Counted from the first letter of the stretch, positions 1 to 10,028 are shown. The stretch: DNA of 64,000 nt from Candidatus Magasanikbacteria bacterium RIFCSPHIGHO2_01_FULL_33_34 (GCA_001782825.1 MFPS01000008.1:73012-137011), one strand, 5' to 3'. A program made the numbers and translations. The notes: generated from the letters alone by a model not told the origin.

Positions 1-133
1 CTCCATCAATTGCAGATTGGTTGAGATTATTGTATGAATATAATATTTTGAATGGATCAAATACAAAAAATGAACCTATAACTAAATATATTGGAATAGA
101 GAATAAAAGCAATTTTAAAATAAATTTTTTCAT
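1..133 (-). CDS. 5' end of a gene downstream of the MBOAT gene; signal-anchor N-terminus (MKKFILKLLLFSIPIYLVIGSFF...), likely the DltD/AlgJ-like SGNH partner of the O-acyltransferase. Partial: runs off the window.
   Basis: ATG at 133-131 on minus, 2 nt after the MBOAT stop. Open frame to the window edge. Hydrophobic N-terminus. MBOAT genes are typically followed by a DltD/AlgX-like partner. Confidence 0.35.
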   Translation of the reverse strand, partial: MKKFILKLLLFSIPIYLVIGSFFVFDPFKILYSYNNLNQSAIDG

Positions 134-135
134 AT

Positions 136-1560
136 TTAAAATTTGAAATATATGAAGCTACTTTCAGTCCCTGAATAAAAAAATATTAGTGCCAATAATG
201 CATAATATATACCATAACGAACTATGGCGGGTAGTTTTTCCATTTGGAGAGGATGTTCTTTGTGGCGACCATTCCATTCTATGACAACAAATACAATGAT
301 AAATATTATGCCTATTGTAGAAACAGTTGGTTTTTCAAAAATGCTTGTAGTCCAAAAACCTTGTATATATAGTAGAGCGTCAGTGATGGATTCTGCTCTA
401 AAAAATATCCATGCAAATGATATCATAACAAATGTGGATATTATTTGTAGGAATTTTTTTATAGATATAATAGTGGAGTTATTTGTTATATTATTTTCTT
501 TTTTTATAATTTTATGAAAAATCAATGGGATATAGTATATACCATTGAGTATTCCCCATACTAGGTAAGTGTACCCAGAACCATGCCATAAGCCACTTAA
601 TGCAAAAGTGACTATAATGTTTCTTATATATTTTAGATTTTTGCATCTGTTGCCACCTAGGGGTATAAATATATAATCACGAAACCAGTGAGATAGGGAG
701 ATATGCCATTTATTCCAAAATTCAGCAATGTTTTTGGAGAAGTATGGGTAGTTGAAGTTTTGAATAGAAGGGAAGCCTAAGAGTTTTGATACACCAATTG
801 ATATATTGGAATAACCAGCAAAATCACAATAGATTTGGAAAGTGAAATATAAAATTCCAATAATATGATCACTCCCAATCATATTGGTATGATTGGTAAA
901 TACTATATTAGCTGTTTTGGCTAGGGTATCTGCAATCACAATTTTTTGAAATAATCCCCATAAAATTTGACGCATGCCATCTACTGTCAAATTATAATTG
1001 AATTTTCTTTCTTTATTTATTTGTGTCAGTAAACTGGAGGCTCTTTCAATCGGGCCAGCAATTAATTGTGGAAAAAAACTCACATAAACAAAAAATGATA
1101 ATATATTTGTACTAGCTTTTATTTTTTGTGTGTATACATCAATTATATAGCTTAATGTTTTGAAAGTATAAAAACTAATGCCTAATGGTAGTAATATATA
1201 AAGAGTAGTTATGTGGACATTGAATCCGACAAGACTTAATAAATCACTAAAGCTTTCTATTAAAAAATTGGTATACTTAAATAGTATGAGTGGTGTTAAA
1301 TTTATTATGATAGCTAGAAAAAATAAGCCTTTGCGTAGTAGGGGATTATCAATTTTTTCTAATTTTATACCGACTATGAAATTAATTAGAGAATTAAAGA
1401 TTATAAGTATCAAAAAATACCAATTCCATAAACCATAAAATATATAGCTGGATAATAAGAGAAAAATATTTTGTAAATAATGTCTTTTACCTAAAACAAG
1501 CCAATATATAATAAATACAATTGGAAGAAAGATAGCAAATTCAAGGGAATTGAATAACAT
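136..1560 (-). CDS. Membrane-bound O-acyltransferase (MBOAT; AlgI/DltB-like)
   Basis: 474 aa, multi-TM. N-terminus MLFNSLEFAIFLPIVFIIYW and overall layout typical of the AlgI/DltB MBOAT family. Confidence 0.8.
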   Translation of the reverse strand: MLFNSLEFAIFLPIVFIIYWLVLGKRHYLQNIFLLLSSYIFYGLWNWYFLILIIFNSLINFIVGIKLEKIDNPLLRKGLFFLAIIINLTPLILFKYTNFLIESFSDLLSLVGFNVHITTLYILLPLGISFYTFKTLSYIIDVYTQKIKASTNILSFFVYVSFFPQLIAGPIERASSLLTQINKERKFNYNLTVDGMRQILWGLFQKIVIADTLAKTANIVFTNHTNMIGSDHIIGILYFTFQIYCDFAGYSNISIGVSKLLGFPSIQNFNYPYFSKNIAEFWNKWHISLSHWFRDYIFIPLGGNRCKNLKYIRNIIVTFALSGLWHGSGYTYLVWGILNGIYYIPLIFHKIIKKENNITNNSTIISIKKFLQIISTFVMISFAWIFFRAESITDALLYIQGFWTTSIFEKPTVSTIGIIFIIVFVVIEWNGRHKEHPLQMEKLPAIVRYGIYYALLALIFFYSGTESSFIYFKF

Positions 1561-1671
1561 TAAATATATGAGTAAAGTTTGATAATTATCAAACTTTTAT
1601 TATATTATGATAATATTCTACAATGGTTTAATAATCAAATTGTATCAAATAAAAGTATCTTTGTTAAGGAT

Positions 1672-1705
1672 AAAAAATCCCAGTTTATTTAAACTGGGAT
1701 TTTTT
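1672..1705. terminator. Bidirectional rho-independent terminator between the MBOAT gene and the DEAD-box helicase gene
   Basis: aaaaaa-ATCCCAGTTTA-tt-TAAACTGGGAT-tttttt: an 11-bp perfect stem flanked by an A-tract and a T-tract. Confidence 0.6.
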
Positions 1706-1706
1706 A

Positions 1707-3254
1707 TTATTTACCTCTATATCTTTCACCATTTTGTCTGTATTGAGATGATTGGTTTTTATTTTTTCTATTATTTCTTCTAGTAAAATGTTTTTTAAAG
1801 TTTTGATTATTATCAGAATATTTTTTTTGCTCATCATTTAAGTGATGGTTAGTTTCAGTTTGTCTTTCTGTATAATGTCTTATTTTATTTTGTCCAGCAT
1901 AACGATTTTTCTGTTTTCTTTCATTATATTGATATTTAGAATTTTGATTTGAGTAATTATTTGTTGAATTTCTTTCTGTATTACTGGTATATTCATTATT
2001 TTTGTATGGTTTATTTCTAAAGTTTCTTCCATAGTTTTGTTTATTGTATGGATTTTGTTTTGGTGATCTTTCTCTGTCTGGTTGCATTGATCTTTCTCTT
2101 TCTGGAGGTAAGACAGGTAATGACAATATAGGCAATGATTTGCGGATTAGTCTTTCAATTTTTTTGATGTCCGCTTGTTCTGATGGAGTTACAAATGAAA
2201 TGGCTTTGCCATAGCGTCCGGCACGGCCAGTTCTGCCAATACGATGTACATAATCCTCAGAATTATCTGGAAGATCAAAGTTGATTACTAATTTTATATC
2301 TTTTACATCAATTCCACGAGCAGCAATATCTGTTGCTACCATAATACGAAATTTGCGCTTAGCAAATCCATCAAGAGCAATTTTTCTTTGGGATTGAGAA
2401 CGGTTTGAATGGATTTCTGTGGTTGTGTGGCCCATATTGCGAATATCATTAGCAATACGTTTTGCCCCGTGCTTTGTTCGAGAAAATATCAGGGTTGTAT
2501 CATGTTTGTACTGTTGTAATATTGCATCAAGCAAGCGCATTTTATCATTTTTTCTTACAATAAATATTTCTTGTTCTGTATTTTCAGATGAAGTGCCTTG
2601 TGGTGCTATTTCAATTCTAATTGGTAACTTCATAAATTGTGAAGCTAGAGAAGAAATTGTTTTTGGCATTGTGGCTGAAAATAACATTGTTTGGCGACCT
2701 GGTGGAATTTCACTTAAAATCCTTTTGATTGGTGGTAAAAATCCCATATCCAACATACGATCACCTTCGTCTAATGTAATAACATTTACAAATTTGAGTT
2801 TATATATTCCTTGGTCCATCAAATCAACCAAACGTCCTGGGGTAGCAATCACAATATGAGGGTTGTTTCTGAGAGCTGATACTTGCCTGTGTTGTGAAAC
2901 TCCACCAATAACTACAGCAGTGCGTAATCCTAGGGGCCCAGCAATTTGTTGGAGTGATTCTTCTATTTGCAATGCCAATTCACGGGTTGGAGCCAAAATT
3001 AACCCTTGTCCTTTTTTGTGGGCTATGCGTTGAATCATTGGTATACCAAAAGCCAAGGTTTTACCTGTACCTGTTTGAGCTATACCAATTACATCTTTAC
3101 CTTCTAAAGCACCAGGTATAATTTGGTGTTGGATTGGAGTTGGGATTTCAAATCCTCTTTTTGTAAGTATTTCAAGAATATTTCTTGCTATACCAAGATC
3201 GCTAAAGCGACCTGTATTTTCTTTTTGTTGCATATAATTATTTGTGTGACTCAA
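1707..3254 (-). CDS. DEAD-box ATP-dependent RNA helicase with a roughly 120-aa N/R/K/Y/Q-rich low-complexity C-terminal tail
   Basis: Motifs AQTGTGKTLAF (Walker A), LDEGDRM (DEAD-box variant), SAT and HRIGRTGRAG. The tail is ...NPYNKQNYGRNFRNKPYKNNEYTSNTERNSTNNYSNQ... Confidence 0.9.
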   Translation of the reverse strand: MSHTNNYMQQKENTGRFSDLGIARNILEILTKRGFEIPTPIQHQIIPGALEGKDVIGIAQTGTGKTLAFGIPMIQRIAHKKGQGLILAPTRELALQIEESLQQIAGPLGLRTAVVIGGVSQHRQVSALRNNPHIVIATPGRLVDLMDQGIYKLKFVNVITLDEGDRMLDMGFLPPIKRILSEIPPGRQTMLFSATMPKTISSLASQFMKLPIRIEIAPQGTSSENTEQEIFIVRKNDKMRLLDAILQQYKHDTTLIFSRTKHGAKRIANDIRNMGHTTTEIHSNRSQSQRKIALDGFAKRKFRIMVATDIAARGIDVKDIKLVINFDLPDNSEDYVHRIGRTGRAGRYGKAISFVTPSEQADIKKIERLIRKSLPILSLPVLPPERERSMQPDRERSPKQNPYNKQNYGRNFRNKPYKNNEYTSNTERNSTNNYSNQNSKYQYNERKQKNRYAGQNKIRHYTERQTETNHHLNDEQKKYSDNNQNFKKHFTRRNNRKNKNQSSQYRQNGERYRGK

Positions 3255-3331
3255 TATTCTAGACGGTCACACTATGACACAAAAAGATTCGAGTCGCTCG
3301 GAGTAATCTCACGAGCTTTAATTAATACCTA

Positions 3332-3360
3332 AGTATAGCATAAAAATGTAGCTTTGTCAA
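3332..3360 (-). promoter_or_regulatory. Putative sigma-70 promoter for the helicase gene (minus strand: TTGACA, 17 bp, TATACT)
   Basis: The plus strand reads ..agtata..(17)..tgtcaa.., giving TTGACA-N17-TATACT on the minus strand about 70 nt upstream of the start. Confidence 0.4.
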
Positions 3361-3382
3361 TAGCTGAAGGAAATATAACTTT

Positions 3383-5173
3383 TTAAGCTTTTTTTCTACC
3401 AGCTCTTACTCTATCTGTTTCAGTTAGTGCTTGTTTTCGAAGTCTTACACTTTTTGGAGTAATTTCTAGATATTCATCTTCAGACATGATTTCTAAACCT
3501 CTTTCTAGGGTTAAATCCATTGGTGGAATTAAATGAATAGAATCATCACTACCTGAAGCGCGCATATTTGTGAGTTGTTTTCCTTTGATTGGGTTAACAG
3601 TCATATCCATACCTTTGGCAGTGTTGCCGATTACTTGTCCTTCATAAATATCAACATTTGGTTCTACATACATGACGCCACGATCTTGAAGATTGGCTAG
3701 AGCGTAAGCAAGCACTTTTCCAGTGTGTCCAGATATCATAGAACCGACATTTCTTTTTTCTATTTCTCCGACATAAGGTTCAAATCCAATTACTTCACTA
3801 CACAAAATTCCTTCACCTCTTGTGTCTACTATGAATTCATTGCGATAACCAAGTAATCCTCTGGTAGGTATTTTGTAGATTAATCTCATGTGGTTTTGTT
3901 CAGGATTCATTGCAATCATTTGTCCTTTTCTTTTTGACATTTTTTCAATTACAATTCCAGATGAAGATTCTGGAATATCAATTGTAACCTCTTCAAATGG
4001 TTCGTGTTTTATACCATTAACTTCTTTTATGATAACTTGAGGTTGAGAAACTTGTATCTCAAAATTTTCTCTGCGCATATTTTCAAGCAATACGGCAATA
4101 TGCAATTCGCCTCTACCATATACTTTGAAAAAATCATTAGAAGAAAAATCAATTTTTAATCCTACATTTACTTCTAACTCTTTTTCTAATCTTTTTTTAA
4201 TTTGTTGAGTAGTAACAAATTTTCCTTCACGTCCAGCAAATGGAGAATTATTTACTAAAAAGTTAAGAGAGATTGTTGGTTCATCAATTTTTATAGTTGG
4301 TAATAGTTCTGATTGTTCATCTTTACAAACTGTGTCTCCGATATATATATCAGGTAATCCAGATATCATAACAATATCTCCAGCAAAAGCTTCATTAACT
4401 TCTTTTCTGTTGATACCTTCAAAAGTAAATAGTTTTAGAATAGATCCAGTTAAAGTTCGTCCATCAGACTTTTTAATAAAAACTTTCTCACCAGCTTTTA
4501 TACTACCCTGGTATATTCTGCCAATTCCCATACGACCAAGATAATTATCATAAGCTAGATTAAAAGGTTGAAATAGTAATGGTAGAGTGGTATCTGCTTT
4601 GGCAGCAGGAATTTTTGCTATGATTGTATCTAAAAGTGGGGCAAGATTGGTAGAGGTATCGGTAAGGTTCATTTTTGCGATTCCTTCTTTTGCAATAGTG
4701 TATACAGTTGTGAAGTCTAATTGTTCGTCAGTAGCACCCAAATCCATGAATAATTCAAGGACCTTTTCATGAGCCCAATCAGGTCTGGCAGCTGGCTTGT
4801 CAATTTTATTCAAAACTACAATAGGCTTGAGACCTAGTTCAAGAGATTTTTTTAAAACGAATTTTGTCTGAGGCATTGGGCCTTCTTGGGCATCTACAAT
4901 CAATAAAACAGAATCAATAGAACTAAGTACACGTTCAACTTCTGAACCAAAATCAGCGTGGCCTGGTGTATCCACGATATTAATTTTTGTATCTTTGTAA
5001 AATACAGAAGTATTTTTGGAATAAATCGTAATGCCACGTTCACGTTCAAGATCGTTAGAGTCCATTGTAATAGTTTGGTCAGTCAACATGCCTGTTTCTT
5101 GCATCAGTGCATCTGTTAAGCGAGTTTTACCATGATCTACATGGGCAATAATTGCTAGGTTTCTAATTTGCAT
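3383..5173 (-). CDS. typA: GTP-binding translation factor TypA/BipA
   Basis: 596 aa. N-terminus [24 protein letters not shown] with DTPGHADF and NKIDK GTPase motifs, an EF-G-like domain order and the TypA C-terminus. Confidence 0.9.
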   Translation of the reverse strand: MQIRNLAIIAHVDHGKTRLTDALMQETGMLTDQTITMDSNDLERERGITIYSKNTSVFYKDTKINIVDTPGHADFGSEVERVLSSIDSVLLIVDAQEGPMPQTKFVLKKSLELGLKPIVVLNKIDKPAARPDWAHEKVLELFMDLGATDEQLDFTTVYTIAKEGIAKMNLTDTSTNLAPLLDTIIAKIPAAKADTTLPLLFQPFNLAYDNYLGRMGIGRIYQGSIKAGEKVFIKKSDGRTLTGSILKLFTFEGINRKEVNEAFAGDIVMISGLPDIYIGDTVCKDEQSELLPTIKIDEPTISLNFLVNNSPFAGREGKFVTTQQIKKRLEKELEVNVGLKIDFSSNDFFKVYGRGELHIAVLLENMRRENFEIQVSQPQVIIKEVNGIKHEPFEEVTIDIPESSSGIVIEKMSKRKGQMIAMNPEQNHMRLIYKIPTRGLLGYRNEFIVDTRGEGILCSEVIGFEPYVGEIEKRNVGSMISGHTGKVLAYALANLQDRGVMYVEPNVDIYEGQVIGNTAKGMDMTVNPIKGKQLTNMRASGSDDSIHLIPPMDLTLERGLEIMSEDEYLEITPKSVRLRKQALTETDRVRAGRKKA

Positions 5174-5209
5174 AATATATTAAAAATACTCTAAAACGAG
5201 TAAGACATG

Positions 5210-5238
5210 ATTATACTATGAAAATGAAGTTTTGTCAA
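5210..5238 (-). promoter_or_regulatory. Putative sigma-70 promoter for typA (TTGACA, 17 bp, TATAAT on the minus strand)
   Basis: Reverse complement of 5210-5238 is TTGACAaaacttcattttcatagTATAAT. It ends about 35 nt upstream of the typA ATG. Confidence 0.5.
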
Positions 5239-5303
5239 TAGAGTGGTTAGGCAAAAAATGCCTTTGTATGGCCTTTAATAATCGGTATAAATGTTGTAGT
5301 AGT

Positions 5304-6440
5304 CTAATATACAGCTTTGGCAATTTTTGTAACTACACTTTTATCTAGGGGGTTAGGTAATATTTTGTTTGTACTTGGATTTTTAACACAATTGGCCAAA
5401 ACTTTAGCTACACGAATCAATATAGTGTCGGTAAAATTGGTAATATTATTATCAAGCGCACCACGAAATAGTCCAGGGAAGGCGAGAACATTGTTGGTTT
5501 GATTTGGATAATCACTTCTGCCGGTGGCAATGATATATGCGCCAGCTTTTTTGGCAAGTTCCGGCATAATTTCAGGGATAGGGTTTGCCATAGCAAAAAT
5601 TACTGGCTTTGTATTCATATTTTTTATCATAGCTGGTTTTAGTAAGCCTGCTTTACTTACTCCAAAAAAGACATCAGCGCCAACAATAATATCTGATAGT
5701 AATCCAGTTTGTTTTTGTTTGTTAGTTATGTCTGCTAGTTCTTGTTTTTCTTGGTTTAAATCATTTCTACCTTTATATATTGCGCCTTTACTATCACATA
5801 CAATAATATTTTTTATACCGTATTGAATAAATAATTTTGTGGTCGCCACGCCAGCAGCGCCAGCTCCATTAATGACAATTTTTATATTTTCTTTGCTTAT
5901 ATTGATTAATTTCATTGCATTTATGAGAGCTGCGAGTGTTACGACGGCTGTGCCGTGTTGATCATCGTGTAATATTGGAATATCTAATTCAGATTTTAGT
6001 CTAGTTTCAATTTCAAAGCATCTTGGAGCAGATATATCTTCTAGATTTATTCCTCCAAAAACTGGAGCAATATATTTGATTGTTTTGATAATCTCTTCAG
6101 TATCTTGAGTGTCTAGACAAATTGGAAAAGCATCAACTCCAGCAAATTCTTTAAATAATATACATTTTCCTTCCATAACTGGTATAGCAGCTTTTGCTCC
6201 TAGATTGCCCAGTCCTAAAATTGCACTGCCGTCACTTATAACCGCAATGGTATTATTTTTGAGAGTCATTTTTTTTGCTTCTGTTGGATTTTTGAATATA
6301 ATACGACTGATTTCTGCAACCCCAGGAGTGTAGGCTCGTGATAAATCTATAGTAGTTTTGATTTTTATTTTGCTGTTTGTTTCTAATTTTCCTTTATATT
6401 TTTTATGGAGTTTTATTGATTCTTGGTAGATGTCAGACAT
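5304..6440 (-). CDS. NAD(P)-dependent malic enzyme (short MaeB-type, malate dehydrogenase (decarboxylating))
   Basis: 378 aa. Contains YTPGVAEISR, a GAGAAG NAD-binding loop and the AMANPIPE-like motif FAMANPIPEIMPE. Confidence 0.8.
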   Translation of the reverse strand: MSDIYQESIKLHKKYKGKLETNSKIKIKTTIDLSRAYTPGVAEISRIIFKNPTEAKKMTLKNNTIAVISDGSAILGLGNLGAKAAIPVMEGKCILFKEFAGVDAFPICLDTQDTEEIIKTIKYIAPVFGGINLEDISAPRCFEIETRLKSELDIPILHDDQHGTAVVTLAALINAMKLINISKENIKIVINGAGAAGVATTKLFIQYGIKNIIVCDSKGAIYKGRNDLNQEKQELADITNKQKQTGLLSDIIVGADVFFGVSKAGLLKPAMIKNMNTKPVIFAMANPIPEIMPELAKKAGAYIIATGRSDYPNQTNNVLAFPGLFRGALDNNITNFTDTILIRVAKVLANCVKNPSTNKILPNPLDKSVVTKIAKAVY

Positions 6441-6626
6441 AATTATTTTATATTAATTATTTCATTATTTTGTTATAATATAATGACATAATAATGGAAA
6501 AAATACAAAATAGGTTTTTTATAAATTATTGTAGATAATTTTGAATAGGTGGTTGGCTATTGATTTTTATTGTGGATTGTGCTAGCATTGTATTAATTAC
6601 AATTTAAGTAATTATATAATATAAAT

Positions 6627-7313
6627 ATGGGTAATTTTGATAGGGGTAACAGAAGGTCTGGTGGTGGTTCTGGTCGTAGTTTTGGTGGCAAGAGATCATT
6701 TGGTGGACAAAGACCAAGTGGACGTGATGATAGAGGTGGGCGTGATGGTGGTAGGCCAATGATGCACAGAGCTATATGTAGTGAGTGTGGAGATAGTTGT
6801 GAAGTGCCATTTAAACCAACCGGTAGTAAGCCAGTTTTTTGTAGTAATTGTTTTAGCAATCAAGAAGGTGGTCGTGATAGTCGTGGCGGTCGTGATGATC
6901 GTGGTGGACGATCTAGTAGTTTTGGTGGTGGACGGGATAAACACAGAGATCGTGATATAAATAGAGAAATGTTTGATGTTGTTTGTTCTAAGTGTGGTAA
7001 GGATTGTCAGGTACCATTTAGACCAACATCAGATAAGCCACTTTTTTGTAATGATTGTTTTGGAAAAGATAAAGGTAGTGTTGGTCGTGGCTCAAGTGAA
7101 GTCGTAGACCAAATAAAATTGTTAAACAAAAAAATCGATCAGCTTGTAGAAATGTTAAGTGCAAATGGTTCAAATAAAAAGAAAGAAAAATCTGAAGTTA
7201 AAACAGATGTAGAAGTAAAAGAACCAGTCAAAACAGTGGAAAAGAAAGAAGAAAAAAAACCAAAGAAAGAAAAAAAGCCAGCTGAGAAGAAAACAAAAAA
7301 AGTAAAAAAATAA
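6627..7313 (+). CDS. RGG/RG-repeat protein with two tandem C4 zinc-ribbon modules and a Lys/Glu-rich tail; putative nucleic-acid-binding protein
   Basis: Two copies of C-x2-C-x3-C-x-VPF(K/R)PT-x-(S/D)KP-x-FC-x2-CF (CxxC-x17-CxxC spacing). They are separated by GGRD/RGG repeats, and the C-terminus is KKEEKKPKKEKKPAEKKTKK. The DNA shows GGTCGTGAT-type tandem repeats. Confidence 0.6.
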   Translation: MGNFDRGNRRSGGGSGRSFGGKRSFGGQRPSGRDDRGGRDGGRPMMHRAICSECGDSCEVPFKPTGSKPVFCSNCFSNQEGGRDSRGGRDDRGGRSSSFGGGRDKHRDRDINREMFDVVCSKCGKDCQVPFRPTSDKPLFCNDCFGKDKGSVGRGSSEVVDQIKLLNKKIDQLVEMLSANGSNKKKEKSEVKTDVEVKEPVKTVEKKEEKKPKKEKKPAEKKTKKVKK

Positions 7314-7354
7314 AATTTATAAAAAAACAGGCAAATGCCTGTTTTTTTAATTTG

Positions 7355-8806
7355 TTATAATTTGCCTAAGTCAAGTTCTTGGTTGAATTTAATTTCTTTG
7401 ACGAATTCTGGCATATGGCTGATAACAATCAGTGCGCCTTCATAGTCATTAATTGCTTTAGCAATAATTGGGATGTGACGGAAATTTATGTGATTGGTCG
7501 GTTCATCCATTACTAAGAGTCCCGGTCTCATTAAGACTAATCGCGCAAATGACAGCAATCCTTTTTGTCCCTCTGACAAGTTTGATACTTTTACACCCAT
7601 TAAATCTCCTTTTATTAAAAATCCAGCAGCTACAGCTCTCATTTCTTGCATATCTATACCATTGGCTAATATACTTGATAGAGATTCAATCACTGTTTGA
7701 TCATAATCAAGAGTTGTAAAATCTTGACTATAATAACCAACAACAGTATCTTTCAAAATTACCGCACCTTCACTTGTATTGTTTGTAAGAGAACGTAGTA
7801 GTGTACTTTTACCTATACCATTTGGACCAGAAATCAGTAATCTGTCTTTTTGGCGCAAAATTATATTTACATCTTTGGCAACTGGTTCATGATTTTTAAT
7901 TACTTTGACTGATTTTATAGTAACTATATCTCCAACTATACCTTGAGTTGGTATAGAAAATTCTCTAATTGTTTTGTCTTCACGCCTTACATCAACTTTA
8001 TTCTCTTCAAGTTCACTTATTTCTTCTCGTAGTTTACTAGCTAATCTTCTCATTTTACCACCTTTGTTTGAAAAAAAGTTAACTTTATCTTTATTATCTT
8101 GAATCTCTTTTTCCAATTGTGCATTTTTCTTTATTTCTCTATCAATTCTTTTTTGTATTTCTTCTACTACTGAATAGTAGTCACCAACATAAGTTTCTAT
8201 TTTTTTTGTAAAAACATCTAGGTATACAACTCCTTCTGTAAAACAATTTAAAAAGTCTGCATCATGGGAAATGACTATTACAGTTTTGTTGTACATAACT
8301 AAAAATGTAATGAGGTGATCAATACCTTCTTTATCTAAATTGTTGGTTGGTTCGTCCAAAAGTAAAATATCAGGGTTTTGTATGAGAGCATAAGCCAATA
8401 AAATTCTAGCTTGTTGACCACCAGACAAGTCGCCAATTTTTCTATCAGTAGGAATAGTTAAGTTAACAGCATCCATTACTTTGCTAATTTGACTTTTGAT
8501 ATTGCCAGGTACTGCAACAAAAGCTTTACCAAAGTATTCTTCTACAGTTAAATCAAAATCTTTTTTGTCAATCATTTGAGCAGCGGTACCAATGGTTGCA
8601 TTATCTGTAATATGGACTTTGCCTTTGGTCGGGTTTAATTCACCTTTTATTAATTTGAAAATTGTACTTTTACCAGCGCCATTTTGTCCCATCAAAGTTA
8701 TTTTGGCGTCTTTGCGTACACTAAAAGAGACCTCGTCTAATACGGGTTTTCTATCTTCATATTCAAATGTGACATCATCAAATCGTAAAATTACATTTTC
8801 TGCCAT
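7355..8806 (-). CDS. ABC-F family ATPase (two ABC cassettes, no TMD; translation-factor/ribosome-protection type)
   Basis: Two Walker A motifs (GQNGAGKST; GPNGIGKST), two signature motifs (LSGGQQARILLA; LSEGQKGLLSFARL) and a charged coiled-coil linker. No membrane domain. Confidence 0.85.
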   Translation of the reverse strand: MAENVILRFDDVTFEYEDRKPVLDEVSFSVRKDAKITLMGQNGAGKSTIFKLIKGELNPTKGKVHITDNATIGTAAQMIDKKDFDLTVEEYFGKAFVAVPGNIKSQISKVMDAVNLTIPTDRKIGDLSGGQQARILLAYALIQNPDILLLDEPTNNLDKEGIDHLITFLVMYNKTVIVISHDADFLNCFTEGVVYLDVFTKKIETYVGDYYSVVEEIQKRIDREIKKNAQLEKEIQDNKDKVNFFSNKGGKMRRLASKLREEISELEENKVDVRREDKTIREFSIPTQGIVGDIVTIKSVKVIKNHEPVAKDVNIILRQKDRLLISGPNGIGKSTLLRSLTNNTSEGAVILKDTVVGYYSQDFTTLDYDQTVIESLSSILANGIDMQEMRAVAAGFLIKGDLMGVKVSNLSEGQKGLLSFARLVLMRPGLLVMDEPTNHINFRHIPIIAKAINDYEGALIVISHMPEFVKEIKFNQELDLGKL

Positions 8807-8984
8807 ATTTATATATAGTTTTTTCGTTTAATAAAAATTTATTTAGTAGATAATATCATCTCATATTTTTATGATTTTGTCAATGTTATGTGAATAAAAT
8901 TGATGTAGGATACTTGAAATTTTTATTGTTTTGAGGTATATTTCTTAGGTTACTAAAATACAAAAAGGAAGGAAGGTCTTTTAT

Positions 8985-9129
8985 ATGGACACCATTGTAC
9001 TGATTGTACTGATCTTGTTTTTGGTTAGTTCTTTGGTATATTTGGTTTTTTCAATTGAAAATGACGTTAAAAAAATAGAATTGGAGGTTGGAAAAAAACA
9101 TCGTAAATTGAGTAGTGTCGAGAATGACT
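8985..9129 (+). CDS. Small single-TM peptide (48 aa), member 1 of a four-copy sORF cluster
   Basis: MDTIVLIVLILFLVSSLVYLVFSIENDVKKIELEVGKKHRKLSSVEND. AAGGAAGG Shine-Dalgarno 9 nt upstream. Not in the ORF track (shorter than 60 aa). Confidence 0.35.
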
Positions 9130-9291
9130 AAAGCTTTATCCTTTTAATGTAAGTAATGTGAAGGTCACCAATTGATATTGGTGGCCTGCTGTATTTTAGA
9201 AGCCTTTTTGTATACTTGCCATTTTTTAAATTTAGTGTTATGTTTTAGTAGTTTTACTTGAGGTATTTTTACATATTGAGGAGGGTGATGT

Positions 9292-9408
9292 ATGCCACAA
9301 GCATTTTGGGCTATTTTATTGGGTGTGTTTATTATCGTTTATTGGGGTATTTTGATATATATATGTGAACGTGATAAAGGAGATACTCAAATTAAGTTTG
9401 ATTATTGA
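9292..9408 (+). CDS. Small single-TM peptide (38 aa), paralogue of the 9922 sORF
   Basis: MPQAFWAILLGVFIIVYWGILIYICERDKGDTQIKFDY. GAGGAGGG Shine-Dalgarno 7 nt upstream. Shares the V-F-x-I/V-x-W-G-I-x-x-Y-x-x-E-R-D/N-K pattern with sORF3. Confidence 0.4.
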   Translation: MPQAFWAILLGVFIIVYWGILIYICERDKGDTQIKFDY

Positions 9409-9446
9409 GAAATTGTGTTCTTTGACAATGACGAAAGGCGTGGAAA

Positions 9447-9899
9447 ATGAGTGATCTTGAAAGTTTGCAAAGTAGGTTGGCTGTTTTGGAAGCTTGGTTG
9501 CCTGATTTGAGTCCTGAACAGTTGATAGAGCTTGAATCAGTGAGAGAATCAATTCAAAAACTTCTTAAACTTACTTTAAATATAACTCCAGAAATAGCAG
9601 AAGCTATTAGAAAGTTCGAGAATCCAACTCCTGAAGAAATGGAAGAAAATAGGCGAGATGAAGCAAAATTTAGAAGAATATATCTACAAAATCTTGGAGT
9701 ATCAAGAGACTTTGATGATAGTGTATCTACAAAACAACCATTTGAATGTCCAGTTTGTGGTCATACAGAGTACAAAGCAATTTTACGAGGTAATGGTATT
9801 CTTGGTCCTGGTGGTATGATTATCATCACAGGGTATGAGTGTCTTGGTTGTTCAGTAAAATTTGATGATATAAGCAAGTTTTCCAAGAAAAAGAAATAG
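9447..9899 (+). CDS. Hypothetical protein with a C-terminal zinc ribbon (CPVCGH...CLGC)
   Basis: 150 aa. Helical N-terminal half, then FECPVCGHTEYKAILRGNGILGPGGMIIITGYECLGCSVKF. Embedded in the sORF cluster. Confidence 0.5.
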   Translation: MSDLESLQSRLAVLEAWLPDLSPEQLIELESVRESIQKLLKLTLNITPEIAEAIRKFENPTPEEMEENRRDEAKFRRIYLQNLGVSRDFDDSVSTKQPFECPVCGHTEYKAILRGNGILGPGGMIIITGYECLGCSVKFDDISKFSKKKK

Positions 9900-9921
9900 T
9901 TCTTCAAGGAGGAGGGATTGT

Positions 9922-10017
9922 ATGTTGAAAACTGTTTGTTGCGTTATTGCCATGGTGGTAATAGGAGTTTTTTGGGGTATTGGTGTTTACAAGCGTGAAC
10001 GTAATAAAACAAGGTAA
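9922..10017 (+). CDS. Small single-TM peptide (31 aa), paralogue of the 9292 sORF
   Basis: MLKTVCCVIAMVVIGVFWGIGVYKRERNKTR. Strong Shine-Dalgarno AAGGAGGAGGG 6 nt upstream. Confidence 0.4.
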   Translation: MLKTVCCVIAMVVIGVFWGIGVYKRERNKTR

Positions 10018-10028
10018 TTCAAACTAAT

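Noticed and set aside
224-517. Numerous 60-150-aa ORFs in the track that lie antisense to, or nested inside, long confidently assigned genes. Examples: 224-517+, 1211-1438+, 2419-2859+, 4332-4544+, 4587-4772+, 5317-5502+, 5524-5826+, 6109-6333+, 6593-6859-, 6696-6944-, 7468-7719+, 15408-15788+, 18709-18999+, 19687-20136+, 21607-21963+, 26131-26358-, 27160-27441-, 29459-29677-, 44413-44688-, 45286-45561-, 56380-56571-, 57398-57721-, 59406-59864+.
   Set aside because: They overlap genes with clear family signatures on the opposite strand or in another frame. Their products are low-complexity or hydrophobic and read like translations of an AT-rich antisense strand. No independent promoter or Shine-Dalgarno evidence.
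8872-8884. TTGTCAA / TTGACAA motif upstream of the ABC-F gene as a -35 element.
   Set aside because: No acceptable -10 hexamer at 16-18 bp spacing (GATGAT / ATGATA), so it is not listed as a promoter, unlike the helicase, typA, cspA and tRNA-Asn cases.
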